64,000 nt of DNA, taken from contig JBMNJG010000012.1 of the NCBI GenBank assembly GCA_050951545.1, positions 365,382 through 429,381 on the forward strand, read 5' to 3'. Shown piece by piece: positions 17,292-26,947 of this stretch. The DNA comes from Limnochordia bacterium. GTDB taxonomy: Bacteria > Bacillota > Limnochordia > DTU080. The first letter of the stretch is position 1; each line of letters opens with the position of its first letter. A program made the position numbers and the translations under genes. Under the pieces are notes generated by a model. The model saw only the letters and a list, made by a program, of their open reading frames with translations, was not told the origin of the DNA and searched no databases.

Positions 17292-18616
17292 TGGTCATCG
17301 GCGCTGGTCTGGCCGGGATCTCTGCGGCCTGTCACTTGGCTGACAGAGGGTTCACGGTGCATCTTCTAGAGAAAAGCAGCCGTCTGGGTGGACGGGCGGG
17401 CTCACACACTTTCTCAGATGGCACAACAGTTCCTATGGGGAGTCACTTGACCTTGGGCTGCTGTTCCTCGTACCTTCAGCTTCTCGACGCGTTGGGGACG
17501 AGTGATCTCGTGACCATGCAGCAGCGATTGCACATCACGGTTGCCCATCAGGGTTGCCTGAGCACGCTGAAGGCAGTGGCTTTGCCCCATCCCCTGGCCT
17601 TGGTACCATCCTTCGTCAGTTACCCGTTTCTGGGCCCGAAGGCTAAGCTGGCAGTGGCGCGCGCCTTGCGAGCGATTGCCCGAGGGGCGGAACCCTTGCC
17701 GGGTGAGAGCTTCGCTGCATGGCTAGAGCGTCACCATCAACCGATGCAGGCTCGTCAGTTTTTCTGGGAGCTTGTTACGGCCCCCACTCTGAATTCGCCA
17801 GCTGAGACAGCATCAGCTGAGTTTGCCCTACTTGTCTTTCGTTTGGCCGTCTTGGGAGGCCCGCAAACAGCAGCCTTGGGCTTCATCCCTGCTGCCGCCT
17901 CTGATCTCTTGAAACCAGTTAGCGAGTACCTGGCGCGCCGAGGTGGCCAGCTTCGTCTGCGTACAGCCGTAGAGCGGATCGACACCGCACCCCCCTCAGA
18001 CCAGTGCTTGAGCCCCGGTGCTCGAATCTGGGTATATCTCAGAGACGGTGAGGTGCTCGCTGCGTCAACCGTGATCACAGCGGTGCCACACACAAACCTG
18101 CTCAGGATTCTGCCGCTGGCGTGGCGCCAGATGCCCGCCTTTGCCGATCTACGCAAGTTGGCCAGGCGGCCGGTCCTTGATGCCTTTCTCACTTACGATC
18201 GGCCGGTGCTGCGCGAGGCAGTGATCACTATCCCAGGACTCCCCGCTCTCTGGGTCTTCCCCAGCGCACCCCAGAAGGGTCTGCAGCAGATCGCTGTGTC
18301 TATCAGCTGTCCCGGGGAATTGGCAGAATCTCGGGCTGCTCGCATCGCAAGCTGGGCTCACAACCAGCTAAGCGCAGCTTGCCCTACTGTGCTGGGCGCA
18401 CGCCTAGTTCATGCTCGCGTCCAGAAGCATCAGGGAGCCACCTTCTCGGTAGCTCCCCAAGATCAACTGCTACGTCTGCCATCCGTCTCCCCGATCCCTG
18501 GGGTTGTTTTGGCTGGAGACTGGACAGCTACGGGCTGGCCCGCCACGATGGAGGGGGCTGTGCGTAGCGGTTTGGCTGCAGCCTCTGCTGTCAGCGAGCC
18601 AGTCGCTCCAACGTGA
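17276..18616 (+). CDS. hpnE: Hydroxysqualene dehydroxylase HpnE (FAD-dependent)
   Basis: GAGLAG, LGGRAGS and AGDWTATGWPATMEGAVRSG; follows hpnCD. Confidence 0.85.
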   Translation: MSSSVVVIGAGLAGISAACHLADRGFTVHLLEKSSRLGGRAGSHTFSDGTTVPMGSHLTLGCCSSYLQLLDALGTSDLVTMQQRLHITVAHQGCLSTLKAVALPHPLALVPSFVSYPFLGPKAKLAVARALRAIARGAEPLPGESFAAWLERHHQPMQARQFFWELVTAPTLNSPAETASAEFALLVFRLAVLGGPQTAALGFIPAAASDLLKPVSEYLARRGGQLRLRTAVERIDTAPPSDQCLSPGARIWVYLRDGEVLAASTVITAVPHTNLLRILPLAWRQMPAFADLRKLARRPVLDAFLTYDRPVLREAVITIPGLPALWVFPSAPQKGLQQIAVSISCPGELAESRAARIASWAHNQLSAACPTVLGARLVHARVQKHQGATFSVAPQDQLLRLPSVSPIPGVVLAGDWTATGWPATMEGAVRSGLAAASAVSEPVAPT

Positions 18617-19601
18617 CACGCATGGCATCGCTCCAGCTCTCCCCAGGCTGGATGTCTTGCACGCCAGCATCGACTCCCGCGGCCTGTAAGTTAAGTGCGT
18701 TGCCGGAACACGTGTAGGGTTCGAGGCATATAGCGGGTCTTTCGGGCGGAGTATAGATCACCCATTCCCGGAAGGTAGGCCCGCCACTGATACCCAGTTT
18801 GAGACCTGCGACCTCGTCGATCAGAGCCGCATGGGTCCATTCCTTGGCATCACGCTCTACGTCAGTGAACATGTCATCGTAGAGATTGTCAGCGACAACG
18901 ATTCCAGCTCTCATATCCATCTTCCCACTCACAGGGGGGCGTTTGCCCGTCGGTACGAGATCCGGAGCTGGCGATAGCTCCCAGTACTTGCGGGCGGGAA
19001 CCTGCAAGCGGCACGCGTTTCGGCTACCATTGGGGCCAAGAGGCATGTTGAAGTAGGGATGCCAACCAAAGCCCATGGGCATCTGCTTGCTTCCGGTATT
19101 GCTTCCCTCTATCTCAACGCCAAGCCCTTCAGCATCCAGCCTAAACGTCATCTTCAGCACAAATGGGAAAGGGAACTGACGCTGGATGTCGGCAGTGTTT
19201 CCGTCGAAACGGAACGTGACCCACGCCTCTTTGCTGCTCGCACCCTGGGCTTCAAACTCAAAAGGAGCAGCGGTCACGAAGCCGTGACGGGCGTTGCCGT
19301 CAGGGTATACATCGACTTGGTGTTCCTTTCCGCCATAGGTAAAGCGCCCGCCAGCGAGCCGGCTAGGAAAAGGAAACAGGACCGGCGCCCCATAGCGTGT
19401 CGGTGCTTCGCGCAGCGCTCTAGCATCGGGAGGGGACGACATCACGGAGACGGCTGTCTCACCGTTGCCTGGCGAGAGCGATAGCGCCACGAGATTGGCA
19501 CCTATGCCTGGCAAAATCGCTGCTTTCGATCCTTGCGGGCCCCGCAGCACCCATAGAGGTTCACCTGACCAATTCTGCTTCTCTACACCAAAAGTCAACA
19601 C
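18591..19601 (-). CDS. Aldose 1-epimerase family protein
   Basis: GAPVLFPFPSRL, RHG, GWHPYF and ICLEPYT motifs. Confidence 0.85.
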   Translation of the reverse strand: MLTFGVEKQNWSGEPLWVLRGPQGSKAAILPGIGANLVALSLSPGNGETAVSVMSSPPDARALREAPTRYGAPVLFPFPSRLAGGRFTYGGKEHQVDVYPDGNARHGFVTAAPFEFEAQGASSKEAWVTFRFDGNTADIQRQFPFPFVLKMTFRLDAEGLGVEIEGSNTGSKQMPMGFGWHPYFNMPLGPNGSRNACRLQVPARKYWELSPAPDLVPTGKRPPVSGKMDMRAGIVVADNLYDDMFTDVERDAKEWTHAALIDEVAGLKLGISGGPTFREWVIYTPPERPAICLEPYTCSGNALNLQAAGVDAGVQDIQPGESWSDAMRVTLERLAR

Positions 19602-19679
19602 CAGTCACCTCTTCATTGAATGTGTCAACGTTCAACGTGCAGGGTATATGCTCACAACCACCACAGAGACGATCAGTCA

Positions 19680-20906
19680 TCATCCGAGGGTTGGTTGTGC
19701 AAGCCGCCCAGCACGTTCACGCTCGATCCGCGTTTGATAACCAGACTGTCTGTGCGCCTTTAGCGGGTCCGCGGGTACCCCTAGGTCCTCTCGTACTTTT
19801 ATGAGCAGCGGCTCGACATCGGTGTTGAACGCCGAAACGAGACACTCCTCAGCTGAGACGATGTCACCAGCAGCCTGTGCTGCAGCCAATGCTTCGCGCT
19901 CTACAATCAGCGCCTTGGCGTATGAGCGTTGGATGGCCACAATCGACTGAATCATAGCCTCTACCTTTGGTTTGAGATTATGGCTTTGGTCGATCATGTA
20001 GGCCACATTGGCATGCTGTTCCCCGTGTAACTCGCTAGCGACAAGCTCACAGAAGATCAGGAACAACTCGTACGGATTCACTGAACCCGTCGTCAGATCA
20101 TCATCCGCATACTTGCGATTGTTGAAGTGAAATCCCCCTAACCTCCCTTCATCGAGTAGTGTGGCCACGATCTGCTCGATGTTGACACCCTGAGCGTGGT
20201 GCCCAAGATCCACGAGAACCTGGGCTCGCTCACCCAGCTTCGTGCATAGCAGAAGAGCCATCCCCCAATCCGGGACATCTGTAGCATAGAATGCTGGCTC
20301 AAAGAACTTGTACTCTAGCAGTAGCCGTCCGTCGCTGGGCAGCATCCTGTAGGCTTGCGCCAGCGACTCCTCCAAGCGGCGCCTTCGACACCGTAGGTCA
20401 TCTTGCCCCGGGTAGTTGGTGCCGTCCGCGAGCCAGAGACTCAGATCGCGGGAACCAGTCTGTCTCATGATCTGTGTACACTGAGCGATGTGTTCCAAGG
20501 CTTGGTGCCGCACTGTCTGGTCAGGATGCGTTAGGCTGCCTAGCTTGTAGATATCGTCTTGGAAAAGATTCGGGTTGATGGCACCGATGGTCAGCCCGAG
20601 GGCAGCCGCCTCTTGCCGCAGAGCCTGCCAGTCATCGACCATATCCCAAGGGATGTGTAGAGCTACCGACGGAGCGATACCTGTCATGCGATGTACCTGG
20701 GCAGCATCACGTAGCTTCTCGCTTAGGCTCACAGCCGCTCCCCGCTGTCGAAAAACCTTGAAACGCGTGCCGCTGTCAGCATAACCCCAGGAGGGGGTCT
20801 CGATGTGCTGCGACCTTAGCTTCTGTTCAATAGCTTGCACATCGTGTCCGCGGTCACTGAGCACTGCCGCCAACTGCTCATAGCGCGCTTGCCATCTGCT
20901 GTGCAT
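19680..20906 (-). CDS. rhaI: L-rhamnose isomerase (RhaI type)
   Basis: [45 protein letters not shown] and DQSHN motifs. Confidence 0.88.
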   Translation of the reverse strand: MHSRWQARYEQLAAVLSDRGHDVQAIEQKLRSQHIETPSWGYADSGTRFKVFRQRGAAVSLSEKLRDAAQVHRMTGIAPSVALHIPWDMVDDWQALRQEAAALGLTIGAINPNLFQDDIYKLGSLTHPDQTVRHQALEHIAQCTQIMRQTGSRDLSLWLADGTNYPGQDDLRCRRRRLEESLAQAYRMLPSDGRLLLEYKFFEPAFYATDVPDWGMALLLCTKLGERAQVLVDLGHHAQGVNIEQIVATLLDEGRLGGFHFNNRKYADDDLTTGSVNPYELFLIFCELVASELHGEQHANVAYMIDQSHNLKPKVEAMIQSIVAIQRSYAKALIVEREALAAAQAAGDIVSAEECLVSAFNTDVEPLLIKVREDLGVPADPLKAHRQSGYQTRIERERAGRLAQPTLG

Positions 20907-20933
20907 GACTTTCAACCTCCATGCATTTTGGTA

Positions 20934-21668
20934 TCAGAACCAGCCGTAGCGACTTGCTACAGCCGCTGCTACCGCGCTTATCAAAAGCCCCGGGAGCATG
21001 TTTCCCACGCGCAAATGGGTTAGCTTCCACAGGTTGACTGCAATGGCCACGATCATGATGCCTCCGGTCACCGTCAGCGTGCTAATCACTGGTTCATGCA
21101 GCACCGTTTTGGCAGTTCCTGCCAGCAATGTGATACCTCCTTGGTAGACGAGAATCGGCAGGATAGACATCAAGGTACCAGGTCCTAAGGCTGCGGCCAG
21201 GGCGAAACTGGCGACACCGTCAAGAGTGGCTTTGGTAAACAGTAATGAAGGGTCGCCCTGCAACCCATCTTGTAGACTGCCGAGTATGGCCATGGGACCG
21301 ACACAAAACAGGAGGCTAGCACTGACAAAAGCCTGCACAAAGCGCGACCCTGCTCTCTCACCGTGTGGCGTTCGGCTGAATCGTTTTTCCAGATTCGATC
21401 CCAGACGATTCATGGACCCTTCGATATCCGCCCATTCCCCCAGGAAGCTACCTGCTACAAGAGCCAAGAGTACGAGGATCATCTGGGCGCCCGAACTGCT
21501 TCCTAGGGCCATCTGCAGCCCCAACACCAACGTCACGCCGCCCAAAACCTGCATGGCGATGTCACTCATGGCCTCGGGCAGACGCTCCCCGAACAGAAGA
21601 CCTAATGAACCACCCACCAACACGGTCGCTACATTGACTAGCGTACCTGTGCCCTCCAACGCTCTCAC
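20934..21668 (-). CDS. DUF554 family membrane protein
   Basis: GTLVNVATV, SLLFCVGPMAILGS, KATLDG and NMLP motifs. Confidence 0.88.
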   Translation of the reverse strand: MRALEGTGTLVNVATVLVGGSLGLLFGERLPEAMSDIAMQVLGGVTLVLGLQMALGSSSGAQMILVLLALVAGSFLGEWADIEGSMNRLGSNLEKRFSRTPHGERAGSRFVQAFVSASLLFCVGPMAILGSLQDGLQGDPSLLFTKATLDGVASFALAAALGPGTLMSILPILVYQGGITLLAGTAKTVLHEPVISTLTVTGGIMIVAIAVNLWKLTHLRVGNMLPGLLISAVAAAVASRYGWF

Positions 21669-21688
21669 CCACCTCTTTGCCTCGACGA

Positions 21689-23548
21689 CTAAGCCAGGAT
21701 CCTGTATTGGGCCTCGATGAGGTCACGATACAAGCCCTCTTCTCTTACCAGTTGATCGTGATTTCCCTGCTGTACGACGCGACCGTGGTCGAGCACCATG
21801 ATCAGATCAGCATTGCGGATGGTCGACAACCGGTGTGCGACCACGAACGCAGTGCGACCCCTAAGCAGCGTGGCCAGGGCCCTTTGGATCTCTTGTTCCG
21901 TTTCGGTATCGATACTGGCAGTCGCTTCATCCAACACCAGGATGCGGGGATCCGCCAGTATGGCTCGGGCAAACGAGAGCAACTGCCGCTGACCCAGCGA
22001 GATGCCACCGCCTCGCTCGCTTACGATTGTGTGATACCCATCAGGCAGTTCCGAGATGAAGGCGTTTGCGCCGATCAAACGAGCGGCTTCTATGACCTCC
22101 TCATCCGTTGCCTCCAGTCGTCCGAAGCGGATATTATCCATGATGGTTCCGGCGAACAAGAAGGGCTCTTGCAGAACCACTCCCACTTGGGTGCGTAGAC
22201 TGCGTACCGTCACACCGCGCACATCGTGTCCGTCAATGAGCACGCTGCCCTCTGTGACATCGTAGAAACGGCACAGTAGGTTGACGATCGTGGTTTTCCC
22301 GGAGCCAGTAGGTCCGACAAGAGCAACTGTCTCCCCGGGGGCGACCTGCAAAGAGAGTCCGTTGAGGGCTGGACGGTCAGGGCGGTAAGAAAAATGCACG
22401 TCGCGGAATTCGACACGACCCACGATGGACGGTAGATCGGGAGCTTGTGGCCTCTCCACGATAGATGGCTTCGTATCGAAGAACTCGAAAATACGTTCCG
22501 AGGAGGCCATCGACTGGAGCATCTGGTTGTAGAAGTTGCCGAGTCGAGAGATGGGCTCCCAAAAACGACCCAGATAGCTTGCAAAGGCATATACCGTACC
22601 CAAGGTGATGTCGCCGACTTGGAAGAGACGGGCACCGTACCAGTACACGATGCAGACACCTACAGCACCAGTCACGTCAACCACTGGCATGAATAGATCG
22701 CCGACCTTGCTAGAGTGATTGAACTTCTGTCTGTAGTCGTTATTCAGGTGGCGAAAGAAGGTCCTGTTCTCTTCCTCCTGCACAAAAGCTTCGGTCACAC
22801 GAATGCCCTGTATGGCCTCATTGAGGTGCGAGTTGATGCGTGCATTGCGCAAGCGTACTTCGCGCCACGCCCTTCGGATCTGAATCCTAATCTTCATCGA
22901 CAGCAGAAACATGAGAGGTAGGGTGACCATGGCGGCTAGGGCGAGTCTCGCATGCATACTGAACAGGATTGCGGCAATGCCTACCAGCAGAACAACATCG
23001 GTCAGGCTCTGGACTACGCCGCTGGTAAACAGGTCCTCCAGAGCATTGACGTCATTGATGATGCGTACCAGAATCGATCCTGCCGAACGGCTGTCAAAAA
23101 AGTCAAATGACAAAGACTGAATGTGCGCAAACAAGTGATTGCGCAGATCACGCAGAGTCTGCTGTCCAAGCCAGTTGGTGCTGCGAATGCGCATGCGTCT
23201 CGAGAAGAATAGGACTACATAGGCTCCTAGCATGAGCAGCGCATATCGCCTAAGAAGGGGGAGATTGGGATTGGCGATGGACTGGTCAATGGCGTTGCGG
23301 GTAAAGAACGGAACGCTAAGGCTGGCCACGGCCCCCACCATGATCGCTAAGAGTGCCTTGAGCGCTGAACGTCGATACGGTCTCATATACCTGAGCAGGC
23401 GTAGAAGCTGCTTGGCATCGAAAGGCCGCTCCATGGCTCGATCATCAGGATAGACGAAACGCTGGGAAATGTGGCGATCCGCCTGTGCATCATGTGGGGT
23501 TTTTGGTTGTGCGTTCTTTTGTGACTTCCCGCTGGTCCTTTGCGACAC
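21689..23548 (-). CDS. ABC exporter, fused permease and ATPase (heterodimer partner)
   Basis: GPTGSGKT, degenerate signature ISLGQRQ, LDEAT and AHRLST; N-terminal transmembrane domain. Confidence 0.92.
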   Translation of the reverse strand: MSQRTSGKSQKNAQPKTPHDAQADRHISQRFVYPDDRAMERPFDAKQLLRLLRYMRPYRRSALKALLAIMVGAVASLSVPFFTRNAIDQSIANPNLPLLRRYALLMLGAYVVLFFSRRMRIRSTNWLGQQTLRDLRNHLFAHIQSLSFDFFDSRSAGSILVRIINDVNALEDLFTSGVVQSLTDVVLLVGIAAILFSMHARLALAAMVTLPLMFLLSMKIRIQIRRAWREVRLRNARINSHLNEAIQGIRVTEAFVQEEENRTFFRHLNNDYRQKFNHSSKVGDLFMPVVDVTGAVGVCIVYWYGARLFQVGDITLGTVYAFASYLGRFWEPISRLGNFYNQMLQSMASSERIFEFFDTKPSIVERPQAPDLPSIVGRVEFRDVHFSYRPDRPALNGLSLQVAPGETVALVGPTGSGKTTIVNLLCRFYDVTEGSVLIDGHDVRGVTVRSLRTQVGVVLQEPFLFAGTIMDNIRFGRLEATDEEVIEAARLIGANAFISELPDGYHTIVSERGGGISLGQRQLLSFARAILADPRILVLDEATASIDTETEQEIQRALATLLRGRTAFVVAHRLSTIRNADLIMVLDHGRVVQQGNHDQLVREEGLYRDLIEAQYRILA

Positions 23549-23566
23549 GCTTGTCAGACACCCTTT

Positions 23567-25348
23567 CTACCGAGCTTGACGCATCTTGTCGTGTGGTGAA
23601 TCAGCATGCTCCCACGGAATGCTGACCCGGTCACTGAACTGCACGTCATAGATGCGCCGGTACACTCCGCCCAGATCAAGCAACTCCGCGTGCGAGCCGC
23701 GCTCCACGATACGCCCCTGCTCGAGGACGACAATGAGATCGGCATCCTTCACAGATGAAATGCGATGGGCAATCACAAAGGTGGTGCGTCCCTTCATCAG
23801 GGTCTGAAGAGCCTGTTGGATCTCGAATTCTGTTTCCATGTCCACACTGGCCGTGGCGTCATCAAGAATGAGAATGCGGGGATCTGCCAGAATGGCTCTC
23901 GCAATGGCGACACGCTGCTTCTGGCCCCCGGAGAGGCCCAGACCACGTTCACCGACAAGGGTGTCGTAGCCTTCCGGAAGCTCCATGATGAAGTCATGAG
24001 CATTGGCCATGCGCGCTGCTTCTTCGATCTCAGCCAAGGATGCATCGCGCCGCCCAAAACCAATATTCTCGCGCAAAGATGTGGAGAATAGGAAGGTCTC
24101 CTGAAAGACAATGCCTACCTGGCGACGCAGACTATCCAACGTGACGCCGGCGACATTGTGACCATCGATCATGACTCGTCCCTCGTTCACGTCATAGAAG
24201 CGAGGGATTAGACTCACCAGAGTGGATTTGCCTGCTCCAGTGGGACCTAGCAACCCCACCACCATGCCCGGCTCTACCGTCAGGTCGATGTTCTGGAGAG
24301 CCGGGATCGATCCTTCGTAAGAAAAAGAAACGTTCTCGAACTGCACGTGACCCTCGATGTGTTCGATGGGCGTGGCATGGGGAGAATCCTTAATACCTTC
24401 GGGAGTATGCAGTATCTCTAGTAGCCGTTCACCAGCAGCCACTGACTGTGTGAAACTGTTGATCTGGTAGCCCAGTTGCTGCACTGGGGAGACGATATAC
24501 CAGATGAGGCTGAAGGAAGCTACCAGATCACCCATGGTCATCCGACCGGAAATGACCTCTTTCCCTCCAAAATACACCAGTACCAGCATGCTCATGTTCC
24601 CGATCAGATCCATGGTCGGGAAAAAACGCCTCCAAACGTTGGCCGTGGCCATGTGGCGGTCGACTACCGTATCGACACGCTTCGAGAACAACTCCACCTG
24701 ATGAGGCTCGCGAGCAAAGCTTTTCACGGTGCGGACGCCAGTGATGTTTTCCTGCACAGCAGTGCTCATATCGGCAAGCGCTTCGCGCAACTGTGTAAAA
24801 GCAGGGTGCACCACGGCTCGGAAACGTATTGCTGTCACCGCCAGGAAGGGAGTGGTCACCAATGCCAACAGCGACAGGCGCCAGTTCAGCGAGCTCATCA
24901 TGCCAAAGCCTAACATGATCATGAGTAAGGAGCTCAGTAGGTTGGCGAAGCCGAAGGACAAGAACTGACGAAAGACCGCCACATCGCCAACGAGGCGCGC
25001 CATGAGATCCCCGGTTCGGGCTGTGTCGTAGTAGCCAAAAGAGAGTGACTGCAACTTGTAGTAGAGTGCATTGCGTAGGTCAAATACGGAGTTGGCTCCA
25101 AAGATGTGGCCTAAGTAGCGCCGACCGTAGCGGCATGCCCCTTGTACGATGGCGACACCAATGACGCCCAATGCCAGATGTGGCAATTCGTTGTAGTACC
25201 CCAAGATCATGACTCGGTCAACGAGCAAGCGCAGAATGTGCGGGCGAACCAAGCCCAAGGCACTGGTAAGCACGACAAAGACCAGTGACGCCAACCCCAG
25301 ATAACGATGACGCCAGTAGTACTCCTTAAGCTGTCGGTAGATATCCAT
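23567..25348 (-). CDS. ABC exporter, fused permease and ATPase (heterodimer partner)
   Basis: GPTGAGKS, LSGGQKQR and degenerate Walker B LDDAT; N-terminal transmembrane domain. Confidence 0.92.
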   Translation of the reverse strand: MDIYRQLKEYYWRHRYLGLASLVFVVLTSALGLVRPHILRLLVDRVMILGYYNELPHLALGVIGVAIVQGACRYGRRYLGHIFGANSVFDLRNALYYKLQSLSFGYYDTARTGDLMARLVGDVAVFRQFLSFGFANLLSSLLMIMLGFGMMSSLNWRLSLLALVTTPFLAVTAIRFRAVVHPAFTQLREALADMSTAVQENITGVRTVKSFAREPHQVELFSKRVDTVVDRHMATANVWRRFFPTMDLIGNMSMLVLVYFGGKEVISGRMTMGDLVASFSLIWYIVSPVQQLGYQINSFTQSVAAGERLLEILHTPEGIKDSPHATPIEHIEGHVQFENVSFSYEGSIPALQNIDLTVEPGMVVGLLGPTGAGKSTLVSLIPRFYDVNEGRVMIDGHNVAGVTLDSLRRQVGIVFQETFLFSTSLRENIGFGRRDASLAEIEEAARMANAHDFIMELPEGYDTLVGERGLGLSGGQKQRVAIARAILADPRILILDDATASVDMETEFEIQQALQTLMKGRTTFVIAHRISSVKDADLIVVLEQGRIVERGSHAELLDLGGVYRRIYDVQFSDRVSIPWEHADSPHDKMRQAR

Positions 25349-25594
25349 GCCAGCGACAACCTCCCCAGCCAGGCCATGGTGCGCTGGCCATTGCAGAATA
25401 AGCATCGTTGCCATAAGTCTCTTTTCGACACGAAACCTGATTCCCTGCTTGTGATTGCGTACCTGCCCATGGTCACTCGGTCACTCCCCCTTTTCGGTTC
25501 AGGCATTTGGTGGTATAATGCGGTCTAGCCCTTACGAGGTTACAGCGAGCGTCTTGCTGTCAATGCGACCGCTATGGGCAAGGAGTGACGTGGG

Positions 25595-26554
25595 GTGAGC
25601 GTGCAAGTCACTATAGACGAGATGCAGAAGCAAGTGCGGGAGTTGGCACAAGAGAAAGGGGCTGTCATTCTCGCACACAACTACCAGCTACCTGAAGTGC
25701 AGGATGTTGCTGATTACGTAGGTGATTCCCTGCAATTGGCCCGTGTTGCGGCGAACACGACGGCTCACATCATTGTGTTCTGTGGGGTCCATTTCATGGC
25801 TGAGACTGCAGCCATTCTTAACCCAGACAAGCAGGTGCTGCTTCCCGACCCGGATGCTGGCTGTTCGCTCGCAGATACCATCACGGCAGAGCAGCTGCGA
25901 GCTTGGAAGAGTGAGCATCCCGGGGCCGTTGTGGTCTCTTACGTCAATACCTCAGCAGCTGTCAAGGCTGAGACCGACATATGCTGCACATCTAGCAATG
26001 CCGTGCAGGTGGTCGAATCGATCCCTGCCGATAAGGAGATCTTGTTCTGCCCGGATATGTTTCTTGGTAGCTATGTGAAGCGCCTCACCGAGCGCGACAA
26101 CATGCACCTTTGGATGGGCGAGTGTCACGTTCATGCTGGTCTTCGCCCCGAAGACATCGAGGCAGCGCGAGCGGCCCATCCCGAGGCCGATTTCCTGATT
26201 CACCCTGAATGCGGCTGTGTCACGCAGTGCATGGATTTCATGGCTTCAGGGCACATTAATGCGAAGAACACCTATACCCTGTCCACTGGGGGTATGATGA
26301 AACACGCCAAGCTATCGCCTGCTACTGAGATGGTGGTGGCCACAGAAACAGGGATCTTGCATCCTCTGCGTCGGGAGAACCCCTCAAAGCGTTTCTTCCC
26401 GATTAGCGAGGACGCGATATGCAAGTTCATGAAGATGATTACCTTGGACAAGGTTCTTCGTTCCCTGCAAGACGGTGTCTACGAAGTGAGTGTTCCCGAG
26501 GAAATTGCCACCAGAGCGCGCCAAGCTATTGTACGCATGCTGGCGATTGGCTGA
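25595..26554 (+). CDS. nadA: Quinolinate synthase
   Basis: LAHNYQ, VGDSL, CGVHFMAE, GCSLA, YVN, CHVH, HPEC and CKFMK; upstream extended -10 TGGTATAAT at 25511-25519. Confidence 0.95.
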   Translation: MSVQVTIDEMQKQVRELAQEKGAVILAHNYQLPEVQDVADYVGDSLQLARVAANTTAHIIVFCGVHFMAETAAILNPDKQVLLPDPDAGCSLADTITAEQLRAWKSEHPGAVVVSYVNTSAAVKAETDICCTSSNAVQVVESIPADKEILFCPDMFLGSYVKRLTERDNMHLWMGECHVHAGLRPEDIEAARAAHPEADFLIHPECGCVTQCMDFMASGHINAKNTYTLSTGGMMKHAKLSPATEMVVATETGILHPLRRENPSKRFFPISEDAICKFMKMITLDKVLRSLQDGVYEVSVPEEIATRARQAIVRMLAIG

Positions 26555-26573
26555 GATATAGGCCGGAGACGTT

Positions 26574-26612
26574 GCCGGAGGATGGCCTTTGGCCCCTTCC
26601 TCCGGCTTTTTT
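26574..26612 (+). terminator. Rho-independent terminator after nadA
   Basis: gccggagga...tcctccggc followed by tttttt. Confidence 0.75.
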
Positions 26613-26668
26613 TGGTGGCACTATGGCACTCTCCATCGCGCAACCGTCTATGTGTGAAAGAGGAGACA

Positions 26669-26947
26669 TCAGTCCTCGTCGTCTGGACGTAGCTCTACCA
26701 GTCCTTCGCGAAGACGAACGAAGTACTTGCGTTTTTCCGGAGAGAAGCTTATTTTCTCGATGTCAGAGAAGGGGATGTGAACGGTGCCAGCATCGCTGCT
26801 GATGCTGACGCAGGAAGCTCCAGCTTCTACACTAGCATTTGTGAGTCTCGCTTCCCTGCCGTGTTGAAGGGCTTTAACCCGCACAGGGCCAAAGCTACAT
26901 ACGTCTTGGACAAACTGATTGATCGCTTTGCTATTCATGGGAACCAC
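26669..26947 (-). CDS. Small hypothetical protein
   Basis: 92-aa ORF overlapping the cca stop, with an upstream GAGGAG. Confidence 0.5.
   Translation of the reverse strand: MVPMNSKAINQFVQDVCSFGPVRVKALQHGREARLTNASVEAGASCVSISSDAGTVHIPFSDIEKISFSPEKRKYFVRLREGLVELRPDDED

Noticed and set aside
16434-18616. Carotenoid crtB/crtI pair
   Set aside because: Two synthase paralogues with HYENF and NFYYAF signatures plus the PATMEGAVRSG oxidoreductase fit HpnC/D/E better.
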